A stretch of DNA of 64,000 nucleotides from Antedon mediterranea (taxonomy: Eukaryota > Animalia > Echinodermata). The position numbers and the translations under genes are program-made. Shown one piece after another: positions 14,744 to 27,974 of the stretch. The stretch is taken from contig NC_092680.1 in NCBI RefSeq assembly GCF_964355755.1, positions 20,965,045 to 21,029,044 of the forward strand, written 5' to 3'. The number at the start of each line of letters is the position of its first letter. Position 1 is the first letter of the stretch. The notes below the pieces were generated by a model. The model saw only the letters and a program-made list of their open reading frames with translations. It was not told the origin of the DNA and ran no database searches.

Positions 14744-17700
14744 TCACATCTCCTCCATATTTGCAAGCGGTACCAATAGTTGTGCGCATGCTCCGTGATA
14801 GTGCGCTTCAATATCCTCTGCCAGGTTTCTGTTGTATATCTCCCGATATTTGAGCACAATCTGGCAAAGATTGACCTAAGAAGATAAACAAAATTTATTT
14901 ATATGTTACTCTTTTAATTTAAAGAAATACAACTATTTTTTAAAAATACAAAATAAATGATTAAAACATTTATTTTTTTTAAGCGATTGCATAATAGTCA
15001 ACATTTATCAATGAATTGATAAGAAAGTAGCCTACAAGTGTATAAATAACACTATTTTCACGTGATCTGTCTCACATTTGAGTTACAACTAAATAGGCCT
15101 TATGTTACAATGTGTATTCATGTTTATCGGATGTTGTAACTATAAAACTACATTTTTCTGGCATCAAAGAATGGTGATATTAATGTCATTTTTAGAAAAT
15201 GTATGTCCAGTCGCAATGTCATATTTTCTCCATGGTTATTGTTAGTCAACACGCTCGTGGTGAACTCGTGTCATCAGACAACATGACGTCACTTTACTGG
15301 TATCTCGCAGCCAGCATATCATATAAATTATTCACAGCTATTCTGCAAGCTCATTAGTTATTCACAGAACAATATAAAACCATCTATGACCTATAAAATT
15401 AATAATCCTTTTGAAAATGCATATGATTCATAAGCATACAACTGTTGATTTGAATATAGTGTTATTATGCATTATGTTGATTTCAACAATCTAAAAATTG
15501 CGACATGAATAAACGAAAATTTACAAATTATTTGTTGTTGGGACTAATAAATAATGTGCAAACTTTTTTCCACTTGGATAACTATTCATTTCAAAAGCTT
15601 TGCATATTTATGATTTTTTTTTTTTTAATAAGGTCACCCTTTGAATCTTAATGTGTTCGTATAGCTCGTTTATATAATCAAACCGCGAAAAACACACTTT
15701 TTAAATAAATCGTACAAAATTATAAATGTTGAAGGTTTTTTTTGCCTATCTGGACATTGAAGTGTTTCTTCAAATAATAATAGCAGAATTTAAGCCTAAT
15801 ACAGGTCAAATTAGCAGTTTGACGAGTACCTATCTCTTGTATGTTAACAATAGTGAAAACTCATGAGGTAGATTTTTCTAAGCACACTTGACGTCCCAGC
15901 ATTTTACGGCGATGGCTCTACGGCGATATCGTAAATTTCGCAACAATTCGTTGTCAAATGATTCTCGGAAACATGTTTATATTGATGATGGTTAATTAAA
16001 ATGAAAGAAATTAACATTAAATTAAAATATACGTAGAAAAATGATTGTAATGAATTGCCAATGGTCTGTAATTTAGAAAGCTATCATCAGTTGTACCTTT
16101 GCACAGTTTACCAGGGTAGTTTCAACAGCCTCTTCGTCCAGGGTCGTATCTGTGGCTAATCCAAGAGAAAAGAAGAGTTTCACGGCACAAAACTTGGCTT
16201 CATCGGTAATATAATCAGCTAGGTGAAAATCAGAAACATGTTTTTTTTTAATGTTGACACTCCGACAAACATAATTTGATACGTAAAGCTCTGTATACAC
16301 TATCAAACTAGTTTGACAAAAAAAAAGTTTGATGTGCCCAAATATAGTAGTGATATGCCCAAATTCGATAGTGATAGGACATCATTATGTCCATATATGG
16401 GCACATCACATTTTTTTGTCACATAAAGTTTGATAGTGTAGACAAAACTTTACACGATACAAATGAGATGGGTGCGTCCCAACCCGGTCCCAACATAAAG
16501 AACACTTCCCAGAATTCTCATCCCAGATTTAATGATTTATTTATTTATGAACTATATAGTTATTATTAAATACATTATTTGACTTTTTAACTAAACTTCG
16601 CCTTAATGATGTTTTATATTTGTATTAGAAATACCTACCTATGTTTAAGAAACTCGCCTGTATGTTTCCTACCATCTTTCGTTTTATGTGGTATTGTATC
16701 CACCGGCCATACGTCTATATAAAAATGTATTCTAGATTTTGTAAGTTTTGTATTTTCTTAACCTTTGTTGTCTCTTAAATGTTTGTTTTTGATAATAAAT
16801 TGGGAACAAAAAACGAAAATGTATTATTTTTTGTATTATGATAAATTAATTGAAGGCGTTTTTCATTTCAACCATTTAAGTTAAGATATCAGTTATTTAT
16901 TGACCACACCTATGATTTAACGGTATAATAAGCTGACCTCGATCGGCGTATAATAAGCTGACCTGGATTGGCGTATTAATCGTAAATCGTATTATTAATT
17001 GGTGGCGTTTTTTAAAATAGTAAATCTATCTCCTATGATGAGTAAATGTTTGTTTAGTCTATTTTCCACACTAAGCGAATATATTCGCGCGAATTGTTCT
17101 CTGGTTTGTTGCGCATTTTCCGATCACAAAAAAATATATTTACACATAAATACGCATGCGCACAATCTGATTTGTGTGATTTGTAGTAAAGATGTTTCGC
17201 ATACTATTTCGTAAATTAAGTTGTAATCGATTTAGGCGCATACCAAACAAACGAAAAGATACAATTTTCTAGAAATTACTTTTATTGTATAATTTTATCA
17301 ATGAATTTTATGTTTAGCAACTTATTTGTTAACAAGTTGACTTTTTGTTCATTGTCATTAAGTCATTAACACTTACTATTTTATATTGGTTGAACACATC
17401 GTTGAGATGTGTTTTATCATGGGCGCCCAGAAGTCGTAATAACTCGCTTACATCAGAAGAAAATACAGCCTAAATAAAATGTTAAATATAATGTGCTCTT
17501 GTTAAAATATAATAGTCTACTTAAGGACTGTATGAAAATAAAATGTTATAAACATTAGGTAACTAGTTTGCACAACTTTGTTTACACTACTGATAATATT
17601 AAACACTTTTTCATAATGTAATTATAACCATAACATAACAGTTTTACCTGTCGAAGAGTGTAGGTGTCGCTCTCTACGTTCTCAGCTTTTACCACACCAT

Positions 17701-20113
17701 TTTCATTTCTCTGAGCCTACAGAAGAGCCACAACACAAGAAAATACGATATGATTGACAATAACCTTGTACTATTCTATCATTCTGTGAACGTTTTTGAA
17801 GGAAAATTGCACAAGTATCGGTCAAATAAGGACTTTAATACCATTCTGCGCTTCAAAGCATAACTGACTGTGGGTCACAAGAGGCAAATTAGCCTATGTA
17901 AGTATTTTGCAAAACACATCCCATCTACGAACGCACATCCCTACTACGCGAAATGAAAACCTAAATAAGTATGAAAAAGAAGTCTGCACTTACAGATGCA
18001 AGAGATCTTAAGACATTCTCTTCATCGCCACTAAATCCTTTCACCAAAGCTTGATCTAACGATTCGCTGGTATCTAAAAATAACAACGTTCTACAAAATA
18101 GTCATATTGCTCCTATACTCCTCTGTTCGAAATGTAGACGTTATTTAATTGATCAACAATAAACTCACTTTGTAGGCCCATATTAACAGTTACCTAATTC
18201 TGTTCTGATTCCTCTAATATAAAATATATAAATCTTTTTCTTCACTGTCGAGCTTCACTTCTTAGTATTCACTTAAGTACTTACCAAGTTTATATTGTTG
18301 TTGAATACGTTGAATTTCCTGTTAAAAATCAAAATAAGTCGTAAGATAGAAATAATATAAGTATAGTAATAATAATATCACCAAACCCAAACCATTATTA
18401 GTATGTCAACGCAATTTTCCCACCAATTTTAAGTTATGTTACAGGTGCCCCCTCGCGTGGGCTTGTTTCAAGAAAAACCCAGCAATAGAATACATTCAAC
18501 ATGATGTATAATAAAACAATTAAACAAAGAATATAAAGAAAATGATTATCATTAAAGCAATACATAAGTCAGCATTCATCTTTTTTTAAGTACCAGTTTA
18601 CCTCATTGTCATTTGTGATGAGTAGTGCGCTTGCGCGATCAGAGTCTTCGAGAAGTATGGATCTTTTCAGAGACTTTGTCACGTGGTCGGTTGTTCCGCC
18701 AATCAATGACGCCCAACAATCAGTTGCTATAATTGGAAATGCTTCTGACAAATCTTGCAAAAGATTCTGAAACAAAGATTTCATTTTGAGAACAAAGTAA
18801 AGGTTCCTTCTTTTCATTTATTGTCTGTTTATAGTTTCAGTTTCAGTTTCAGAAAGCATTAACCGATTAACATAAACATTTTTTCTATTTCTTCTTCTGT
18901 ATTGACATCCATCCACTGCTCCTTAGTATTTGTATGTATTTACTTTTCTATTTGTTGTTTTCTCTTTCTTTTCTTTCTGTAAGCCAACCTTTTTGCTTTC
19001 TCCTTTTTTCAGATATTAATAAAATCCTCTGCGAATCTCTTAATTTATGTGTTTCTCCGTCTAATTCGTATCTTTTCTAGATCAACTCTCTTCCCTTGTT
19101 GAAGAGAAAATCTTGAGTGACGGAGTAGGCCTACGGTCTTCTTGTCTCAATCTTTCACTCATATTATTTTCTCCCAAGAGATCATTATTGTGGTTACACC
19201 AATGTAACCTCTAATCTACGTCCCACACTCGCCTCTTCCATTATATGTTACTTACCGAGCCATAGGCCGCTTGGTAATATTTGCTTATACTCAGTCGGTC
19301 CGTGGCGCTACCCCTTGACACATGCGCAGCTACTGCCGTAACATTTGGTTCTTTTATCACAAAAAGTAAGGAAGGAGATGCGTATGGTTATTTTTAGATC
19401 AATATTTAAAATTATAATTTACTGTTTGGTTGGATGGTTTTCACGTATAATCGTAGTAGGCCTATTCAGATTTTAATTTGCCAATTTTTATTTGAAATTT
19501 AACCTGAAATCACTAGATCTACATCCTAAGTGCCGCTTTTAAATATTATTATTATTTCTGCGACACGACTCATTGACAACAGCTTACCAATGGATAATAC
19601 TTCCGATCTTATAGTTTGAATGATCACATCGACATCTGACTGTGGTATTGAGCACTAAAAATAATTTACAACATAAACTATTGAATAACGACATAGACAA
19701 TTAATGTAGGCCTACTGTATTCGTTCTCTTACTGTCCTATTTATTTTTTTTTACAAAAGTAGTTGAAAGAACAGAAGTGAATTAAAAGAGGCAAGAAAAG
19801 TGTATCTTCAAAAGTCACAATTACTCCAAATCATCATCATGATGAATCAACCACATTGCTGTACACTAGTCCCACAATCGAATAACAACTTATACAATAC
19901 CTGGTATACTCTATATTCAGCAGTCGACACATTACAAGGCGGTAATTCACCCGTACAAGCATCGACGTCTTGTACTTCTCGTACTCGATATTCTTGGGAG
20001 TTGTCAACGCATAACGCCCATTGTGTCCAGGAGTAACTTTCGCATCTCGCATGGCATTTATAAATACATACAGATTGTATTAAAACAAAATATAAAGCGC
20101 GTGTAAGAAACAT
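14744..20113 (-). CDS. Divergent annexin-fold protein with predicted signal peptide and TSP1-like N-terminal module, ~381 aa (gene C), 11 exons
   Basis: Exons 19901-20113, 19588-19654, 19256-19350, 18602-18766, 18285-18318, 17994-18073, 17648-17716, 17377-17469, 16639-16714, 16097-16218, 14744-14875 total 1146 nt and are open. Sizes 95/34/80/69/76 nt and the phases equal those of gene B. Residual annexin motifs: R..I...YQAAYGSNLLQDL, EIQRIQQQYK, AQRNE, YREIYNRNLAEDI. Confidence 0.85.
16285..16450. mobile_element. Same ~150-bp MITE family
   Basis: aaagctctgtatacactatcaaact ... agtttgatagtgtagacaaaacttt. Confidence 0.8.
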
Positions 20114-21914
20114 TTTTAATCCTATAGCTTTTATATGAATAACTTGTCGAACATACGTCAGTAAAAATAGGCCTATACTCTGTCGATCTGCAGCAGACGG
20201 TATAGTTGCGTCAACAAAAGTTATTGGAAGTTGATATCATGTTGGCGTAACATCTTGCTTGGCCATTCGGTTCATTACCCGCTATTCAGTCGGGTATTAT
20301 TTTAATAAAGATAAAAGTATCTATTTGTAATTTAACCGTGTTCACAATTCTACAATACCTGTAACTAAATACTCCGGTCAAATATAATAATTATTTAAAA
20401 ATAAATAAATATTCATATTAAATTAAAATCATCCCAATAAATAGATATACCATGTTTATTCAGTTTTCTGGGTTTTTTTTTTTATTTTTTATCTTACCAT
20501 GTATGCCTAATCGAATTCAACAAATGTACACAAAATTCAATCATTTCTGAAATGTTTTTAAATTATTATTAATAGTACGGTGTAGTTGTGTTTTATATTG
20601 GCCTATAGGCCTATAGGCCTATGACGTATTTCCGTTAACAAACAAATTAGAATTTGAGTATGAGGCTTTGATTTTGGTTTATTTCAGTGATTTTATTTAT
20701 CAATGAGTATCCTGTTAAAAAATGATCATATAAGCAGGAGGAGATCTTTCTTTTATTTCATATTATTATTACCGACAATACCACAAAGTCCCATTACACC
20801 TGGTACGTAAATTTGAAGAAATTACACTAAAACCGCAAATACACAAAACAACAAAAAGAGATTTGCTTATGTGTCTGTCTCCCTCTTACGATTGGATGGC
20901 AATAATACATTACGTCATTCAATTCTCCAAAACAAAAACATCCTCCCCCGCAAAAAAAAAAAAGTTCGTTGAATTGGTGGCATTCTATTGAATAATTGCA
21001 CACATGTTTATATTCCATTAAATCTGTAGCTGACAACACATTATTGGTAAGTAATTTACATGATATAAATGTCAAGTCCGTACTTTTAGGCCAATTACCT
21101 AGGAACCGAGACTCTCATATAACTTAAATAATTGGGCCTGGTACCACCGCACACAGAGCGTTGGTACCTCCTGGTACATACGTAGAAGTACTACTAGGCC
21201 TACACTACTTACTACAGTATGCTAGAGGAGAGATGTAGCCTACTGTACCTAGTTAATTTTAAATAAAGATTTGATGAAATGTAATTAAATTAAATAGACC
21301 TAGGCCCTAGCGCCTAGCCCCGGCGCCCTAGCCCCTAGGTCTAAGTACCTAGATAAAAAATAGTTTTATGTTTTTTCTTATGAATTATGATTTAATGAAG
21401 ATTAGTTTATAGAATGCTGAATAATTAAATTTATTAAAACAATATTGAGGAGGAGCACAGTCAAAAAGTTATTTGTTTTTAAAGAGAAATATGGTATGAT
21501 AATTAATAGTTAGAAAATAAGGAAGGAAATCTACTTTTATTTTATATTAGGTAACCTCTCAATGACTATTATTATAATTTATAAAGCATTTTATTTATTA
21601 ATATAAAGAATTAGTAGGATGTATCTCTTTCTGAAATTTTGGTTTCATAATGTGGTTCTGAATTTTGTTTTATTATCGTTGGACTGAAATAAAGAAATAA
21701 AATGGGGAAAAAAATAAAATGATTGATACAGTATTTTATACAATACTGTAAATAAATAAAGTTAAATAAGTCTTTTTGTCTACATACAGTGGAAACAAGC
21801 CATTTCTGGACACCATGTTAAACAATTATAAGGGTTGTATGAGAAAAAAATGTTCTGTGAAATGTTCCATGTTCCATGTAGGTTATGCCTACACCACTAT
21901 GATTTAAAATCATA

Positions 21915-22062
21915 AAGCTCTGTCTACACTTGAAACTTTATGTGACAAACAAATGTGATGTGCCCATATGGACATGGTGATGTCATTTCACTACCATATT
22001 TTGCCATATCACTACCAAAGTTTGGCACATCCCTAGTTTGATAGTGTAGACTGCAGAGATTT
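21915..22062. mobile_element. Same ~150-bp MITE family
   Basis: aaagctctgtctacact ... agtttgatagtgtagac. Confidence 0.8.
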
Positions 22063-22353
22063 ACTTGAAACAAGAAACCAATCATCTTTTATTATGAGAA
22101 TAGCAACAAAGCAAAGTGGTATTTGAATATCATACAAAAATTAATAACTGAACTTGACCTTTTCAAAATAACCTTGATCAAATGGCTGGTAATGCAGCAA
22201 TAACAAATCTGAAAGACACAATTTGATACCTATTTTTAGGTTTATTCATGACAGGTTTACTCTGGCCCTGCAAGTTTACTACAGTAAAAAAAGAAAATTA
22301 AAAAGAAACATAAATACATAAATTGTGTAAACTTTTTTTTCTGCAGATAAAAA

Positions 22354-25300
22354 ATGACAGACTTATTAGTTCCTGATACTCCAGCAGGTCAGATGTCGAA
22401 TAGATGGCAAGACGAGGAGATGGTAGAGCCGTCTTGTTGCGGTCCTGTTCGTCCAAAGATTAACACTACTCCTATTAAACTACACAGCATTGTGTACATC
22501 GTCTGTGGAGTTTTGTCAATTGGATTGGGCATTGTAGCTTGTGTGCTTGATTGTACGTTCAAAGGATTGTCAATCCCAGCTGGTGTTCTGGTAAGGAAAA
22601 ATGAATTTCCATAGTTTATTTAACTAAACATCATGTACACCAGCCAGCATGCCATACTGGGCGAGACTACCATGTGTAGGTAATAGTTAATATTGCTGAT
22701 TTGTTAACAGCTCAAATGGTCACATAAGAAATTTTCTAACCATGAGGTATACAATTGTCATTTTATACTGCCAAGTACTAACTAACATACTGTAATGTGA
22801 ACATTAACAGAAACAAATCTGTGAAGAAAAGTATATGTTTGATTTTAAGGTGTAAGTTATACTGTAATGCCAATTGAATTAAATTCAATTGAAGAACATT
22901 GGCTTAGATTCATTCAAATAATGTAACAACACACCATGTATGCAAAATAATGCATATACAAGCTACAATGTAATGCTTTCTTTTTTCTTTATAGCTTATT
23001 AGTACTGGTGTTGTTGGACTGATTGTTAGAAAACATGGAGTGCTGGTACAGTACAATGATCATTATTTGCATTTGTTAAAAAGAATAGTATTGTCCATTC
23101 TCAGTCAAGTTTGGATTTATTTTTAGGGAGTTAAAGGGAGTAGAGACTTGGGTGAATAGAGAAATAAAACAATACTTGGGTAGGAGGAAGACCTTAAAAT
23201 AGGCTTTAGGGTGGATGAAACTCTCATCACCAACCACCCCCAACAGAATTACTCTATAATCTTTACTTGATTGTAGAAGTATATGCTTATGTCTTTACCA
23301 AGTGTGCGCCCCCTACCCCAACAATTTTATAGCCATGTCTTTTTAAAATAATATAATGAGTATTTTTTTATTTCTGCAACCCAACTGATAGATTTTATAA
23401 TATGAAATGTTGAGCCCCTAATCTAGAATGCTGGATCTGCCCTTGTTTACTATCATACAGTAGTAGATTATGAATAAATAATGCTTTGGCTCTAAAAGTT
23501 TGATTTTATTGTGAATCAAAATAATAATATGAAATTTGTTAAATTACAGGCAATTGTCTATGGATGGTTAAACCTGTTTTGCTTTGGTTATGGTCTTACC
23601 CTTCTTGTTTTTATGATGATTGCTCTTCCTTTAAGAGAGGGTAACTGGGAGGAGTTTTGTTCAAGTTATGATTGCAAGTATTGGTATACTGATGATGGCT
23701 GTTGTTACGATGAAAAACTCAGCTTAAAGGTATTGGTTAATAATTATAATGCCAAGCATCTAATAGTAGCCTGTCAGAAATCACCTTCACTAGTGAGATA
23801 AGCGTGTGTGAATAAAATTCCCAAAGTAGGTTAAGAATATATTAGACAGATATTGATTAATTATTAACTCCAGGTAGGGTAATATAAAAACAGGGATTTA
23901 ATGAGAAAATTTACATTTTTGTTTTCTGTTTGAATCCAATACAGTAGTTGACAGTTTTTTCTGTAATACATTAATAATCATGACAATACTGCTATGATAT
24001 AGAGAGTAAGCTGTATTATGTTTAATAGTGTTCAGGGCAGACCACTGTACATCTGCTTTTGGTTCTTCCAAACATTTGTAGCATTATTCTTACCAGATAG
24101 GTATAGTCCTGACAGATAGTATTGTCAGTACCATTTGCTCGATTCTCTCATTAATGAGATATTGTACAAGAGACACAAATCATTGTATTTACTGTACAAC
24201 AATATGCATGACCTACAGTACAACTATCCATCTTCGCTAACATAGCTCTAAAATGTTTTTTTTTTCTTAGTGGGGGAATGTTTTGATTGATCTTGGAATC
24301 CTGGTTGTTGGTGTTATCGTCATGGTTACATCATTAGCAGCTGGTACTCTTAGTTTACGTGACCTGAATTGGGTCAAACTCTGCTGTTTGAAAAAGAATA
24401 GTTTGGTAAATTCCTCTTACTTATTTCAAATTCAAATATTTTCAAAAACTGCACAGTAAAATTAGACACATCTAAATATTTACATTAATCATAACAAGAA
24501 TAGAAATAAACAAAATAAATTGGCTTGTATCACAATTATCAAGTGTTCTAATAAAAAACTTCTAATTAGAAACACAAAAAAATTTAAAAAATCTCTCACA
24601 CACTTTTTTTAATCGGAAACTCTTCCAAAATCGGAAACTCTTCCAAAATCGGAAACTCTTCCAAAATCAGAAACTTTCTTAAAATCATAAATTTTCCTAA
24701 AATAAAAAAATATTCTAAATCAAAAAACTTCTTTCTTATTTTTGTTTGTGTTTATACTGTAGCAAGCAGGACAAGTTGTTGTTCCATCCCAGTCTTCTGG
24801 TAAGAGTACACAATTCAAATATTAAGCAGAATGTTGCATATCTCAATTGTATTGATTTTCTCATCTTTACCATTTAAAATTAATTGATATCTAGTATATC
24901 ACTGGGCAGTTTAGAATTTCTTTTATGTCATATATTTGTAACAATATAACAATTAATATTATTATCATTAAGATTAACATAAGAACAATGAAATATTAAT
25001 TATTAAATTATATCATGTGCTATGTATAGAGACAGAATTAGAACCTAGTGGTCAATCATCATCATCATCATCATCTTTCATGAAGCAATGTTGGACACCA
25101 TGTGATAGTAATGGTCATCGTAATGCCACTATCATCTTAAGTATCATCCACATCATTATTGGGGTCATCAGTGTTGGACTTGGAATAGGAGCATTAATTG
25201 TTGAATGTAGATATGCTCATATTGGAATGCCAATCTGGACAGGAATACTGGTAGGAACATTAGTATGATATTATAACATCAATTACCTTAGCTTATGTCA

Positions 25301-27974
25301 AAGAGCATTTCATCTTAAAAACCCACATATTTTATATTTTTACTGCCAGTGTCAGTAGAGTCCCGTTCACTACTGGACATTTAAGACATTTGATCTTCAT
25401 AGATCTTCATAGATCTTCATAGATCTTCAAAGATCTTCATAGACTACAAATTTGAAATAATTAAGAGTAAATTACAAATTGCATTCAATTTGTTATCTTT
25501 TTTTTATGTTAAGGAAACCTAAACACTTATTGAATATTTACTTTGAATATTTACTTACAGATATTTATGGTGACTGGTTTTTGTGGATTTCTGAGTACCA
25601 CAGAGAAAGGGGCATATGTAAGTCACTTAGATATTAAAACTAAACATTTTGACATGCTGTTCTGTCTAAAATCAAAGTTCTTTGTTGGATATTCACTCTG
25701 TATGTGTTTATTTTTCACTTGTGTATCTTGTATCCAGTATCCTATGTTTAAATCTCTGTCTACTCTATCAAACTTTGTGACAACAAAATTTGATGTGCCC
25801 ATATATAGACACGATGATGTCATATCACTACCATATTTGGGCACGTACATCACATTTTTTGTCAAACTAGTTTGATAGTGTAGACTAAACAACATAAAAC
25901 ATCATCTTCTTTCAGATTCCTTGTTTCTTAGCCTTCTCTGTTTTAGCATTCATTATGTCTATTAACATGTTTACCTGGGCAGCTGTTAATATTCCTGCAG
26001 AACCAGATTGCGCTCCAAAATGTTTTAAATGGTGTACTGATGATACTCAAAACTCATATAACTCGTATAGGTATAGTACACCTGATCCTAGAAGATACTG
26101 CTGTGATCTTGGTGAAACTTGCATTGCCAATACAGAAGCGGTAAGGCTATTTAGTTGTAGATGTTAATTTTGAATTACTTTGTTTGAAAATATTTTAATT
26201 AAAATGTTTACTTTCCACAATAAAAGAGTTGGACAAGACCTCCTTCATCTGGGTGATGTTGTGGATATGAATTAAAATTCCAGGGTGGTTGTTAATATTT
26301 AAAAAATAAACCTACTACCATATAAGGACACATTATTTGAACCTAACACTATATAAGGACGCATTATTTTAACCCACAACAAATCCACTCCCAAAGACTT
26401 GTAATAAGACTTGTTTATGTAGAGCATCTTGTATATGTTTGTCTTAAGATAAGATAAGATAAGATAACTTTTATTGATCCTCAAAAAGGAAATTCATTGC
26501 TCGTCATAATAACAAGAAAACACAATAAAAACAAATATAGCATAAAACCATTCATATAAAAACATCAAAAATACAAGATAAAATTATCTTCTTGACTTTC
26601 TATTGTACTGGATGATACCTGTCTTGTGAACAGGATTGCCACTAAAGAAGGATAGTGAATGAATTTCTGGTTATCCTTGGAAATTTGCCTAAATATAGAA
26701 AGAGAAAGAGATAAGTACACATTATTTTATTGTATTAACTGATAAACTTCATTTTTTTTTTGCAGGTAGTTATAGACTGTTTAATTGTTGGATTTGGTAT
26801 TTTGGAGATGTTCGTTTGCATGGCAACGTTTGGTCTGTCTTTTTCACAACTTAGTTGTTACATGTGTTGCCATAATGGGTGTTGCTCTAATTGTAAATGT
26901 GTTGAAACTCAGGTAAGTTTATTTATATATATCATTCTTAAAATTGGAAGACTAATAATGAGGGATAGGAAATATGTATGGAGTTGAAACACCATCTTAC
27001 TCAGTTACTTTGTAGTAGAGATTAGCTTAGTGGTTAGTGTACTTGCCTTCCATTCCGAAGGTATAGGGTTCAATCCTGACCAGGGTGTAACTCACAACTG
27101 TTTCTACTCCACCACCTAGTTTATCCATCTTGTAATTTGCGAGAAACTAAACTAAAAATTCACTTGTAAGATAAGTTTACTAAATAATAGTCAAAACAAT
27201 GTGGTGTATGATTTGGTTATTGTTTTTTTTTTTTAACTATTATTTTAGACCTCACTAGTTCACATGAGGTGTTCCTGTCACAGAATTTGACCTATTACTA
27301 TAACCCAGGTGTTAAGAAATTCATTGTGAGGTGCAAGTCATTCCCCTTTCGATATGGCTACATTATTTTTAAAAGTAACTGTACATTCCATATATTCCAA
27401 TTCCAATGATTTTTGTAATTTTCATATGCTCGTAATAACAACAATTTTGTTTTTTCTTTTTCAGACCAATACTGCATACCAAATGGTGATGACAACCGAT
27501 GGTAACCTGATGATGGTACCAGTACCAATTACACAGCACGGTATGACACCTTCCTTGGTAAACAACCAACAGATGATACCTCAACCAATGGTGATTCCTG
27601 CTAATCAGAATCAAACATCAGGGTCTCCTGTCCAGCCAAACATAGTTGGAGGACAGTTGCTGGTCCAAGGGAACCAACCAATGATGTTTCAAGGAAATAC
27701 ACAGCCAATGATTGTAGTTCCTGGTCAAGCTCCAGTGTTTGTTCAAGCAAATAGACAGCCAGGAATTCAGCAGCCAATGGTTCCAGGCATGAGTCAGCAG
27801 GTTCAAAACCAGATGCAACAAAAGAACCAACCAGCGCCACAAAGTCAGCTAACCAACCAGACAGCTAGCACACAGGTCCAAGCAGGGTCACTTCCACATG
27901 GAGTTGAATCGCCTGCTGTGGTCAGCGAAGATGCTAACCAAGGCATTGAGGTTATTTCAGACCCGACCGTCTAA
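22354..27974 (+). CDS. Double MS4A/CD20-like membrane protein (2 x 4 TM) with Gln/Pro-rich tail, paralog 1, ~599 aa
   Basis: Exons 22354-22590, 22995-23045, 23550-23729, 24271-24405, 24763-24799, 25030-25250, 25561-25617, 25916-26140, 26766-26912, 27465-27974 total 1800 nt and are open. MS4A-like motifs LSIIHIIIGVISVGLG and GMPIWTGILIFMVTGFCG. Each half has four exons and four hydrophobic helices with a Cys-rich TM3-TM4 loop. Confidence 0.8.
25750..25886. mobile_element. Same ~150-bp MITE family
   Basis: aaatctctgtctactctatcaaact ... agtttgatagtgtagac. Confidence 0.8.
27016..27088 (+). mobile_element. Degenerate tRNA-derived SINE head
   Basis: A-box-like tagcttagtggtt and B-box-like gggttcaatcc at tRNA spacing; poor acceptor stem. 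Confidence 0.5.

Noticed and set aside
18569-18817. Stand-alone 82-aa ORF starting MKRRNLYF
   Set aside because: Internal exon 18602-18766 of annexin C with intronic read-through on both sides.
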